Source of the DNA: Phyllobates terribilis
Taxonomy: Eukaryota
Assembly (NCBI RefSeq): GCF_046119375.1
Contig: NW_027362765.1
Span: 151,404,001 to 151,468,000, forward strand
Length of the DNA: 64,000 nt
Direction of reading: 5' to 3'
This document shows positions 36,344 to 49,326 of the stretch, one piece after another (position 1 is the first letter of the stretch; every line of letters begins with the position of its first letter). The position numbers and the translations under genes were made by a program. The notes under the pieces were generated by a model that saw only the letters and a list, made by a program, of their open reading frames with translations, ran no database searches and was not told the origin of the DNA.

Positions 36344-37758
36344 CCGTATTTTTCGGACTATAAGACGCAACTAGGTTTTAGAGGAGGAAAATAGAAAAAA
36401 ATTGAAGCAAAAAATGTGGTCATGACTCACTGTTATAGTGTGGGGATCTGCTGCTGACACTGTTATGGGGTAATATCCACCAATTCTGCACTAATATCCC
36501 CAATCCTGCTATATATATGTCCCCATCCTGGTATTTATGCCCCCTATCCTGATATATATGTCCCCATCCTGGTATATATGATCCCCAGCCTGGTATACAT
36601 GGCCTCCCATCCAGGTATATATGGCCCCCCATCCAGATATACATGGTTCCCCATCCAAATATACATGCCCCCCCCATCCTTGTATACAAGGCCCCCTCAT
36701 CCTCATCCTGGTACACATGGCCTCCTCATACCCATCCTGGTATACATGGCTCCCTGATCCCCATCCTGGTATATATGGTCCCCTCATCCCTATCCTGGTG
36801 TATATGGCCCCCTCATCCCCATCCTGGTATATATGGCCCCCTCATCCCCATCCTGGTATACATGGCCCCCTGATCCCCATCCTGGTATACATGGCCCCCT
36901 GATCCCCATCCTGGTATACATGGCCCCCTGATCCCATCCTGGTATACATGGCCCTCTCATCCCCATCCTGGTATACATGATCTCCTCATCCCCATCCTGG
37001 TATATATGGCCCCCACATCCCCCTCCTGGTTTATATGGCCCCCTCATCCCCATCATGGTATATATGGCCCCCTCATCCCCATCCTGGTATATATGATACT
37101 GGTACTGTTCTGATGCCAGCAGCTCATCTTAGCGTGTAAGCAGCTCATGACGTCACTGACATGTGCTCCCACACACTGAGATCAGCTGCTGGAATATTCA
37201 CTGATTCCCACGCCGTGACTATGGGTGTGGGGAGCAGTGAATATTAATTTTCTTTAATATCGGGCACGGTGTTAGCCGCAGCCGCGGCTCCTGCAGCGGC
37301 TGGGCAATCAAATGTGCCTGCTATTAAAGAGAATGAATATTCACTGCTCTCCACTCCCTTTTGGGCTTGTGGAGCTGTGAATTTTCATTCTCTTTAATAG
37401 AGGGCACAGGTGATCGCCCAGCTGCTGCAGGAGCCGCGGCTGTGGCTAACACTGTGATTGTTATTAAAGAAAATAATATCCACTGCTCTCCACTTCCATA
37501 GTCCTGCCCACCTCTGTGCGCTGGCTTCAGTGAATAGAGGTGGGCGGGACTATGGGCATGGTGAGCAGTGAATATTAATTTTCTTTAACAGCACGCACAT
37601 GTGTTAGCTGCAGCAGCAGGCCACTGCCTATTTGACCCGCTCCTCTACCTCTACCCTACCCATCCACAGCCACAGCAGGTACATCCAGAAGATGCACCCC
37701 CCCCTTTCCTCCACAATTTTGGAGGAAAAAAGTGCATCTTATAGTCCGAAAAATACAG
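36344..37758. mobile_element. Tigger/pogo-type non-autonomous element with minisatellite and internal palindrome
   Basis: TIR ccgtatttttcggactataagacgc / gcatcttatagtccgaaaaatacag, TA/TA TSD. Confidence 0.8.
36490..37097. repeat. Minisatellite, ~27-29-bp unit CCCCATCCTGGTAT(A)(T/C)ATGGCCCCCT(C/G)AT
   Basis: Directly visible tandem array of about 20 units. Confidence 0.9.
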
Positions 37759-37802
37759 TAATCAGTTTTCAAATTTGACACAGTAATTTTATTGCTGCAT
37801 AT

Positions 37803-38897
37803 ACATTAGATGGAAATATATTCAGGACTGCAGAGCAGGAGAAAGACTTGGAAATTCTGGTTACAAGTAAGCTGAGCAGCAGTACTCAATGTCAGGCAGC
37901 AGCTGCATAAGCAAACAAGATTTTAAGTTGTATAAAAAAAAAAAGAGATATCAAATCCTGTGATCTCAATGTATTATTACCACTCTAAAAATCACTTATA
38001 AGACCACATATACAATATGGGATCCAGTTTTGGGCTTCACATTTTAAGGCCTCATTCAGGTGTCAGTGTTGCACATACGTATTCTATCTGTATTTTTCAC
38101 GGAGCACGTTCCCATTATATTTTTGCGCTGCTATTCACAAGTTGGGTTTTTTTGTGGACCATGGGTCTGTGCAAAAATCACAAAGAGATGTCAGTTTTTT
38201 TTCTGGCAGCACGGATGAAAAGTGCCACTACAAATCTGTGGGTCTGTGAAAAATACGTACAGCACACAGATACCATCTGTATGCAGTTGTCCGTGATTGC
38301 AAAGGAAAGGAGAAACTTTGTAATTTATTTATTTATCCATACGTGAAAATCACAGATAAAACACTGGTGACACAATAATCCAAAACACTTATGACACACA
38401 AACCATTTTTTTTGCATATGTGAAAAACACTGACATGTGAATGAGGCCTAAAATGGATACTCGGAAGTTAGAGTCAGTTCAAGGGTGGACAGATAGATTG
38501 TTACAAGGGATGGAAGGGCTTTCCTACAACGAGAGGTTAGAAAAAAACGCCTCAGAGGAGATCTCATTATATGTATAAATACATGTGTGGTCAACACAAA
38601 GGACTTTCATTTGACTCATTCCTACCAAAGGACCATGGTTGATTCCATGTGGAAGAAAGGTGATTCTGGCAGATAGATAGGAAAGGATTCTTTGCAGTTA
38701 GAGCAGTCAGACTGTGGAATGCACAACCACAAGAGGTAGTAATGACAGACACTATGACAGCATTTAAAAAAGGCCTGGATGATTTTCTCACAACAAATGG
38801 CATTGTGGGTTATAAATAATCTAGCGATAGAGAATGTATAACTGCCGGAGAAAGGTTGAACTTGATGGATCTGTGTCTTTTTTCTATCTGTATAACA
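37803..38897 (+). mobile_element. CR1-clade LINE 3' fragment interrupted by a family-B MITE (38048-38448, TAA/TAA TSD)
   Basis: Decayed EKDLG...QCQAAA..AN.ILGCI, RPH..Y..QFW.P.F, LRGDLI..YK, FF.VRAVRLWN motifs and the ggttgaacttgatgga 3' end. Confidence 0.8.
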
Positions 38898-39544
38898 TGT
38901 CACTTTATGTGGTAATAGCGCTGAAATGTAGTGAGCATTTTGAACCCACTGTTGCCTCACTGAATTGTATAAGATTGTGCTTTGAGAGTAACAAACAATA
39001 TCTTATAAAATTCTCTAAGGCACTGAATTCCTTGAGCAGTGTAGTCTCCAAAATAAGGTCACTAGTGGGGGCTTTCTGCTCATCTGGCACCTCAGGGGCT
39101 CTGCAAATAGCCCCCACAATCAATTCAAAGAAAACCTGCATTCCAAAAGCCAAATGATGCTCCTTCCCTTCTGAGCCTTGTCATATGGCTAAACTGTAGT
39201 CTATAACCACGTGTAGGGTATCACCGCGTTGGGTAGAAATTGGGTAACAAATTGTGGTGTACAGTTTCTCCTATTACCCCTAGTGGAAGTTAAAAATTTG
39301 CAGATAACATTTTAGTGGTAAAAATGATTTTTTTTTATTTTCACAGCCCTTTTTCATCACTTAAATTTTATATTGAGCTGCATATTTTTCATTTTCACAA
39401 GGGGTTATAGGAGAAAATTGACTCGAAAATTTGTTATGCAACTTCTACCACACGCGGTAATAGTCACGTGTTGTCGGAAACTACTGTTTGGCCTCATGGT
39501 AGGGCTTAGAAGGAAAGAGTGACATTTTACTTTTGGAACGCAAA

Positions 39545-40579
39545 TGTGTCACCCTGGCCTGGATGCCACAAACATAATAAAGCTGTGTCTGAGAGCAGGG
39601 GGGAGGTTCTCTGGTCAGGGGAACATTAGCATGCAATACCTCCTGTCTCAGGCCAGTAGGGGGAGCAGGCTGACCCTATAAAAGCTGGAACTGGATGCAG
39701 GGTTAGGGAGAACTGGACAACCTGTCTCTGGATAGAGAAGTGTCCCAGAGCAGTGAGAGACAGTTGTATTGCACCCTAAGAGGACGTGTGGCAGTAGGAG
39801 AGCCACAAGCCAGGGACAAGAGGTAAAGTACGCCTGTCCTGGCAGATAAAGAATCAAATTTACCAGACTTTGGCGTCTGAGGCTGTGAGGATTCCACGTC
39901 CTACAGCAGATAACCAGTCCGCAGGGGACTGTACGTTCCTTGGCCTAAGAAGCCCGGAGGCTCCGCCACAGCAGAAGGGACCAGCAGAGCCATACCAGGC
40001 CGGGAGTAGAAAGGAACCCACGTTGCAAACCATATGGGCGAGAGGACACGGTGAGCTCAGGACCGTGGGCTGCTACCCTACCAGGAGGAGATAGCCAGAA
40101 GGAGCGCAGAAAGCACGGTAGACCTACACCCTCACCCTGACCAGGGCCAATTTCCCGTTTGCTCTCAGACGTCCAGGCCCCCTCCTAGCCGGGCCTGTTT
40201 GTGGGTCAGTTCACCTGTTCTAGTAAAGACCCTGGACTGCAACCTGTTGTCTGTGTGCTCCTTGCTCCTCCAGCACTAACGGTACTGGGATGTCCTGCAC
40301 CATCACCCCCATCTTCCATTATACTGCCCTGGGGCCGCACTCTTCCCGTGGCGAGTCACACTATCCCAGCTGCATACATCATCAGCCCCAGCGGTCTACC
40401 TGGCAGTGGCGGTCCGCACTGACCGCAATCCACGGGTGGCGTAGTTGGAGACATCAACAGCGCGTCGCAGACTACCAATGGTTTGACCACCCTGAGCCAC
40501 GGAACCGGGTTGCCACTACTACCCCCATCGTTTCCCGATTGCCCGGCTCTGAGTGCCCCACGGCCCAGGGGGCGAGTCA
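39545..40579 (+). mobile_element. Solo LTR, more diverged relative of the 52501 Gypsy LTR
   Basis: TG...CA, shared motifs (tgtctgagagcag, tggtcagg, TATAAA, AGTAAAgaccct, gaccgcaatcc, ggcccagggggcg.gtca); imperfect TSD CAAA/CAGA. Confidence 0.85.
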
Positions 40580-40829
40580 CAGACTTTGCAGAAATAGTTT
40601 GTGGACACCATTTACTAAAGTGCCAGAGCAGCAAAATATCCCCAAAGTGACCAATTTTGGAAACTAAACCCCTCAATAAATTAATCTATGGGTGAAGTGA
40701 CGTTTGGCTCCATGGGATTTTCCAGAAAAAGAGGGAAAATTGCAAATATCCCAGCTAAGTGGCTAATACATTGTGCTCAGCTTGTGTTTTTTTTATTTAT
40801 TTTAATGTATAAGTAATGTGACAGTTTTA

Positions 40830-41022
40830 GGCCAGGTTCACACATTCAGTAATTGGTCAGTATTTTACACCAGTATTTTTAAGCCAAAATCAGGAGAGGA
40901 ACAATCAGAGGAAAAGTATAATAGAAACACGTCACCACTTCTGTATTTATCACCTACGCCTGGTTTTGGCTTACAGATACTAAGGTAAAAAACTGACCAA
41001 ATACTGATTGTGTGAATGTGGA
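40830..41022. mobile_element. Harbinger-type MITE family A (copy 6)
   Basis: Family-A arms and core. Confidence 0.7.
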
Positions 41023-42274
41023 TTTATAATTTGAGGTGTTCAGGAGGTGGAGATACCAATCAAAAAGTGTTTTTATCTTTGTTTTTACACAAACGCTGCA
41101 TTTTTTAATGGCAAAACAGTTTTTCACTTTTTTTTATTTTTAATATCTACACATTTTATTTAACTTTTTTTTACATTTTTACTTAATCCCACTATGGGAC
41201 TTGAATATTTTGCACTTTGATATAGTTTTCATATACTGCAGTGCATGAGACTTGTTAGTTTCACAATGAAACTGCCTGTTAGATCTTGGCAGGGCCTAAC
41301 ATGCCACCATACTTCGAGGACAGTACTTGGCCTTGGGGTGTCATGGCAACTATCAGGACCCGCAATTGTGGGGTGTCCTCTGTTAACCATCTAGATGCAG
41401 CTGTCATAATTAAACCAATTATAGCCGATGCAGCAGAGTAAGCTGTTCTATACTGCTGACATCTGTAGCTTTTTTGCCCGTCCGAGGGACTGTTTTCTTA
41501 ATTGTCAGCACAGCAAAACAAGCGGTGCTGAAGATTAAAGCCCCTTAATGACTGCCATTTTAAAATGTATTGCCGGTTGTTGAGGGCTTAAAGTGGACCT
41601 CAAAAAATATCAATTTTCACATTTTAGAAGAACTAATTTCAGTCATACCGGTTTACTATTGTTTATGTTCTCACACAGTCCCTTGAGCTGCTCCACACAA
41701 CCCTGCCTCTCTAGTAGAAACGATGGCTTCTGCATTTACATAATACAATCATCTGTGACGGACATCAGATGGGCTAATTTGGCTTCCATTTTTAGGCAAG
41801 AGTATCCCATGGCATACTCCAGGCATGTTGACGAACAAATGGATCCATTATTTTGACCTCCTTCCCCCTAAAATCTTTGTCAACAAAGTCTACCATTTAC
41901 AAAGAGGGATTGCCCACTTTTTTAAGATTCTTTCATGTGAACTAACTGCCACAGATTAGCTCTTTTCTAAATACTTTGCTTTCCCAAAATTGTTTTGTAA
42001 CCTGAGATGCCCTCCTGGACACATGATGAAAATCTCCTGACTCCCTGTGATATCACCCCAGATTCTCAGTGAGTTTCCAGAATCTGATTTGACAATTTTA
42101 TGTGACTTTCCTACTGAGTGGGTGGGGGCTTCATTCACCAGAGCTCATTGCTGCTGTGCATGCTACTGAAAACATCCCCCAGAGCTCTCCCTTGTATCTG
42201 TATGTATACCACAGAGTGTGTATAAATGTACACCCAGTTCTCAACCCTGTGTAATACATACATACACATATATA

Positions 42275-43904
42275 CAGTACAGACCAAAAGTTTGGACACA
42301 CCTTCTCATTTAAAGATTTTTCGGTATTTTCATGACTTTGAAAATTGTACATTCACACTGAAGGCATCAAAACTATGAATTAACACATGTGGAATTATAT
42401 ACTTAACAAAAAAGTGTGAAACAACTGAAAATATGTCTTATATTCTAGGTTCTTCAAAGTAGCCACCTTTTGCTTTGATGACTGCTTTGCACACTCGTGG
42501 CATTCTCTTGATGAGCTTCAAGAGGTAGTCACCGGAAATGGTTTTCCAACAATCTTGAAGGAGTTCCCAGAGATGCTTAGCACTTGTTGGCCCTTTTGCC
42601 TTCACTCTGCGGTTCAGCTCACCCCAAACCATCTCGATTGGGTTCAGGTCTGGTGACTGTGGAGGCCAGGTCATCTGGCGTAGCACCCCATCACTCTCCT
42701 TCATCGTCAAATAGCCCTTACACAGCCTGGAGGTGTGTTTGGGGTCATTGACCTGTTGAAAAATAAATGATGGTCCAACTAAACGCAAACCGGATGGAAT
42801 AGCATGCCGCTGCAAGATGCTGTGGTAGCCATGCTGGTTCAGTATGCCTTCAATTTTGAATAAATCCCCAACAGTGTCAGCAGCAAAGCACCCCCACACC
42901 ATCACAACTCCTCCTCCATGCTTCACGATGGGAACCAGGCATGTAGAGCCCATCCATTCACCTTTTCTGCGTCGCACAAAGACACGGTGGTTGGAACCAA
43001 AGATCTCAAATTTGGACTCATCAGACCAAAGCACAGATTTCCACTGCTCTAATGTCCATTCCTTGTGTTCTTTAGTCCAAACAAGTCTCTTCTGCTTGTT
43101 GCCTGTCCTTAGCAGTGGTTTCCTAGCAGCTATTTTACGATGAAGGCCTGCTGCACAAAGTCTCCTCTTAACAGTTGTTGAAGAGATGTGTCTGCTGCTA
43201 GAACTCTGTGTGGCATTGACCTGGTCTCTAATCTGAGCTGCTGTTAACCTGCGATTTCTGAGACTGGTGACTCGGATAAACTTATCCTCAGAAGCAGAGG
43301 TGACTCTTGGTCTTCCTTTCCTGGGGCGGTCCTCATGTGAGCCAGTTTCTTTGTAGCGCTTGATGGTTTTTGCAACTGCACTTGGGGACACTTTCAAAGT
43401 TTTCCCAATTTTTCCCACTGACTGACCTTCATTTCTTAAAGTAATGATGGTCACTCGTTTTTCATAACTTAGCTGTTTTTTTCTTGCCATAATACAAATT
43501 CTAACAGTCTATTCAGTAGGACTATCAGCTGTGTATCCACCAGACTTCTGCCCAACACAACTGATGGTCCCAACCCCATTTATAAGGCAAGAAATCCCAC
43601 TTATTAAACCTGACAGGGCGCACCTGTAAAGTGAAAACCATTTCCGGTGACTACCTCTTGAAGCTCATCAAGAGAATGCCAAGAGTGTGCAAAGCAGTCA
43701 TCAAAGCAAAAGGTGTCTACTTTGAAGAACCTAGAATATAAGACATATTTTCAGTTGTTTCACACTTTTTTGTTAAGTATATAATTCCACATGTGTTAAT
43801 TCATAGTTTTGATGCCTTCAGTGTGAATGTACAATTTCCATAGTCAAGAAAATACAGAAAAATCTTTAAATGAGAAGGTGTGTCCAAACTTTTGGTCTGT
43901 ACTG
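42275..43904 (-). mobile_element. Tc1-like element, DD38E (Intruder-like), full length
   Basis: TA/TA TSD, ~272-bp TIRs (42275-42546 and 43633-43904), 38 residues between the second catalytic position and the E of NPIE. Confidence 0.95.
42438..43490 (-). CDS. DD38E transposase, 350 aa open frame, second catalytic Asp mutated to Val
   Basis: GRPR, WSDESKF, VKHGGG, FQQVNDPKH (GAC>GTC at 42750-52), SPDLNPIE. Confidence 0.9.
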   Translation of the reverse strand: MARKKQLSYEKRVTIITLRNEGQSVGKIGKTLKVSPSAVAKTIKRYKETGSHEDRPRKGRPRVTSASEDKFIRVTSLRNRRLTAAQIRDQVNATQSSSSRHISSTTVKRRLCAAGLHRKIAARKPLLRTGNKQKRLVWTKEHKEWTLEQWKSVLWSDESKFEIFGSNHRVFVRRRKGEWMGSTCLVPIVKHGGGVVMVWGCFAADTVGDLFKIEGILNQHGYHSILQRHAIPSGLRLVGPSFIFQQVNDPKHTSRLCKGYLTMKESDGVLRQMTWPPQSPDLNPIEMVWGELNRRVKAKGPTSAKHLWELLQDCWKTISGDYLLKLIKRMPRVCKAVIKAKGGYFEEPRI

Positions 43905-44522
43905 TATATATTGTGACAGAGTCACTCGTGTTATATATGAGGGAAGGTATGTGTCACTCCGGCTGCTAGCCTGTGTGAACTGAAACCTACAAACTTTCTG
44001 CCAGCATGTTATATGCTGGGGGTTAACTCACTTAAAGGGTGTGTTTTTTTGTGAATGGCAATGAGGGTGTGAAGCCATTCACACTACCTCAACTCAGGGT
44101 GTGACTGAGTGAGTTTAAATGCTCAGTCACTGTTTTTTGAGGAGTGTGTGGTCTGGAGGGGGAAGTCTCCAGGCTGTGTTTGGTGAATCCAGGGAGCAAC
44201 ACCGAAGGACTGGTGTTTGGTGAAACTTCACTGTGCTACCCGGAGCGGGCGAAGCCTCACTTGCTAATGGACTATGTTATACTTTATCTTTTGTTTTTCC
44301 GTTACCCCAGAGAGGGCCTGTTTATTTTTGTGGAACCCTGCTGGAGCTTATGCCATCGAAATAAACCAGCAGGAAGACGTGTATCCTGTTTCTGCCTCTG
44401 GGAGGCCCGAGCGAGTCGCTTTACCACAGTTGGTGTGAGAGTGCTGGCAAGATTCTAGGAACACTTGTACCTGCCACAGAGAAAGGTGGATGTCCTGGGT
44501 GAAGGCCGTCAGCCAGCCAGAG

Positions 44523-45543
44523 ATGTCCGGCAGCATGGAGGAGCTTATTAAGCATTTAGTCCAGAGCCAAGCGCAGCAACACCAACAGCACCTGCAGCAA
44601 TTACAGCAGCACCAGGAGCTACAGCAGCAACGACCAAACTATTGTTACAACAAATGCAGTTACAGCAGAAGGTGCAGCAGCAGGAGAAGGAGATACAGCT
44701 TCTGGCGGAAGCCATCCAGGGCAGAGCAACCGCCCCACCCCAGGGCCGACTGATGACTCACACGTCAGGAAGGCGGTAAGACGGGCCATGCAGAAGATGA
44801 CCCCCGGGGATGATGTAGAAGCCTTTCTGACAGTCTTTGAGAGGGTGGCTGATCGAGAAAGACTTCCACCAGAACAGTGGTCAGAAGTTCTGGCGCCATA
44901 TTTGTCGGGTGAACCCCAAAAGGCATATTATGACTTGGCACTGCTGGATACCAAGGAATATGCCAAACTAAAGACAAAGATCTTGGCATGCCTGTGAGTA
45001 AATATGGTGGTGAGAGCCCAACGAGTCGACCACTGGGCGTATGCTGGCGACAAACCCCCTCGCTCGAAGATGTTTCATCTACTGCATCTCGTTCAGAAGT
45101 GGTTGCAGCCAGAGTCCTCCACTGCAGCCCAGATGGTCGAGCGGGTGGTGATTGATAGATTCATGCACTCCCTTCCCAAGTCAGTACAGATTTGGGTTGC
45201 CCAGGGCGATCCCCACAACGCAGACGGCTTCATTGGCCTGATAGAGAGGTACCAGGTGGTTGAGAAATCCCTGGGGACACCGGATATAGTCACTTCCCCG
45301 TACTGGGATACCCAAAAAGGGGCGGGTTCACCACGGAAGGGGTTTAGAGCCATAACTGGGGGGCATCCCACTTCCACTGAAGGTGCTGCAAGGACTGTTG
45401 TTAAAGTCTGTTGGCAGTGTCACAACCCTGGACACGTTGCTGCCCAATGTCATATGTCCCTTGAGCCCATGGACTGCAGCCTAGGCAGACGGTGTTCCTA
45501 TTATGCTTATTCAAGCCTGCAGTGCGGACTGTCGACCCGATGA
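44523..45543 (+). pseudogene. gag: Gmr1-like gag with SCAN domain and CCHC knuckle
   Basis: Gln-rich N-terminus, KMTPGDDVEAFLTVFERVA, PRSKMFHLLHLVQKWLQPE...ERVVIDRFMHSLP...WV...P (SCAN), CWQCHNPGHVAAQC; stops and frameshifts. Confidence 0.8.
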
Positions 45544-47681
45544 GGGGCCGCAAGCGTGTGCCGCATCGATTAATGGAATAAAGGTGCTTGGACTGCTAGA
45601 TTATTGGAGTCTGGTGATCTTGATCAGAGCTACCCTTCCCCACCAGTTGGTCCCTTCCAAAACTGTGGATGTTCTGTGCATCCATGGGGATTCTAAGGAC
45701 TACCCTGTGGCCACAGTGACAGTGGGAACAGACTGTGGTGCCCAGTTCCACGAGGTCGGGGTGGTTAAGGACCTGATACATCCTGTCATACTGGGCCGTG
45801 ATTTTGCTTTGTTTTGGGACTTGTGGGGAAAGGGAACCTGACTAAGTAGCGTAAAAAGCTAGGTCCCTGGGGAAGAACCCCCGACACAGTCTCAAGTGGA
45901 TGAATTCCCTCTGTGCGTCCTTGCCGGCGATGAGGACGAGACGGTGACCGAGAAGGCCAACTTCCCTGAGTTAGATGTGTTCGGAGAGAACTTTGGGACT
46001 GCTCAAGTTCGGGACCTATCCTTAAAGGGGGCGTTTGACCAGGTCACTGTATGTAATGAGGTTGCTCAAGAGACGGGGGCCGACACCAGGTTCACCCACT
46101 TTGCAGTTCAGGGGGAGTTTTTATATCGGGTGGCCAAACTAAGGGGCGGTTAGATAGTGAAACAGCTACTAGTGCCAGGGCCATACAGACGGAGGGTACT
46201 AGATATGGCCCATTCACATTTCTGGGGGAACACCTAGGAGTCGAGAAAACTCAGGAGAGGATATTGAGAAGGTTTTATTGGCCAGGGTGTTACCGAGAAA
46301 TTCTAGACTATTGTAGGTCCTGCCCCACCTGCCAAATAACCACTCCCTCTTCCCACTTCCGTAGTCCATTAGTTCCACTACTGGTGATAGATGTCCCCTT
46401 TGAGAGGATAAATATGGACCTAGTAGGGCCCTTAGTCAAATCAGCCCGATGCCACCAATACATTCTGGTGATCATTGATTATGTGACACGGTATCCAGAA
46501 GCGGTACCGCTAAGGAACTTGTCAAGCAAATGCATAGCCAGGGAACTTGTCCATATATTTGCCAGGACCGGTCTGCCAAAGGAAATCCTAACGGATCAAG
46601 GGACCCCATTCATGAGCAAGGTAATGAAGGAGCTGTGCAAGGTCCTCCAGATTACCCAGCTGTGAACCTCTGTTTACCATCCGCAGGCAGACAGCCTAGT
46701 AGAGCGTTTTATTAAGACCCTGAAAGCAATGCTCAAAAATGTCGTTGAGAAGGATGGACGTGACTGTGACTACCTGCTGCCATTCCTGCTCTTCTCAGTA
46801 AGGAAGGTTCCACAAGCCTCTACTGGCTCTTCTCCGTTTGAGCTACTGTATGGACGACATCCACAAGGGCTCCTGGATATTGCCAAGGAAACCTGGGAAG
46901 CCGAGGTTACGCCACACCGGAGCATCATTGAATATGTCGCCCAGATGCAGGAAAGAATAGCGAAAGTGATGCCGATTGTGAAGGCGCATCTCCTCCAGGC
47001 GCAGGAAGCCCAGAAAAGGGTCTATAACCGACCGTTGAGGCTGAGGCAGTTCCAGCCTGGGGAACGTGTTGTTGCTATCCCACACAGTCAAGAGGAAGTT
47101 CCTGGCCAAATGGCAAGGTCCGTACGATGTGGTGGAGAAAGTCAGCAAAGTTAATTATAAAGTCCACCAGCCTGGCCGAAGAAAGCCGCACCAAGTGTAC
47201 CATGTGAACTTGCTCATGCCGTGGCGGGACTGGGAACCTGTGGAAACTCCTTGCCTGGGAGCCGCTCCCAAAGGCAAGGTTGAAGAGGTTACTATAGCAG
47301 AGACTCTATCGCCAGCCTAGAAGCAACAGTGTCGAGAACTGCTACAGCGGAATCGTGACCTGTTCTCAGAGTTGCCGGGGCATACTCAGGATGTAGAGCA
47401 TGACGTGCTAACAGAGCCCTCATGTAAGAGTGAATCTGAAGCTGTACCAGATTCCCGAAGAACGCCGGGAAGTGATTTCGGACGAGGTGAAGAGGATGTT
47501 AGACCTCGGTGTGATAGAGGAGTCAAAGAGTGGCTGGTCGAGCCCAATCGTCCTTGTGCGAAAACCCAACGGAAAGTGGAGGTTTTGTAACGACTACCGC
47601 CGGCTGAATGGTGTCCAAGTGCGATGCATATCCGATGCCCCGCGTCGATGAGCTCATTGAGAGGCTGGGACCAGCGAGTTA

Positions 47682-49326
<1,645 letters not shown>

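Larger units (their letters stand above)
38940..41587. mobile_element. Probable piggyBac-like non-autonomous repeat hosting a solo LTR and a MITE
   Basis: Right end ...tgagggc|TTAA resembling CCC/TTAA termini; sequence joins across the LTR; left end not found. Confidence 0.4.

Noticed and set aside
36420-37056. Pro/Gly-rich ORFs on both strands
   Set aside because: Translations of the second minisatellite
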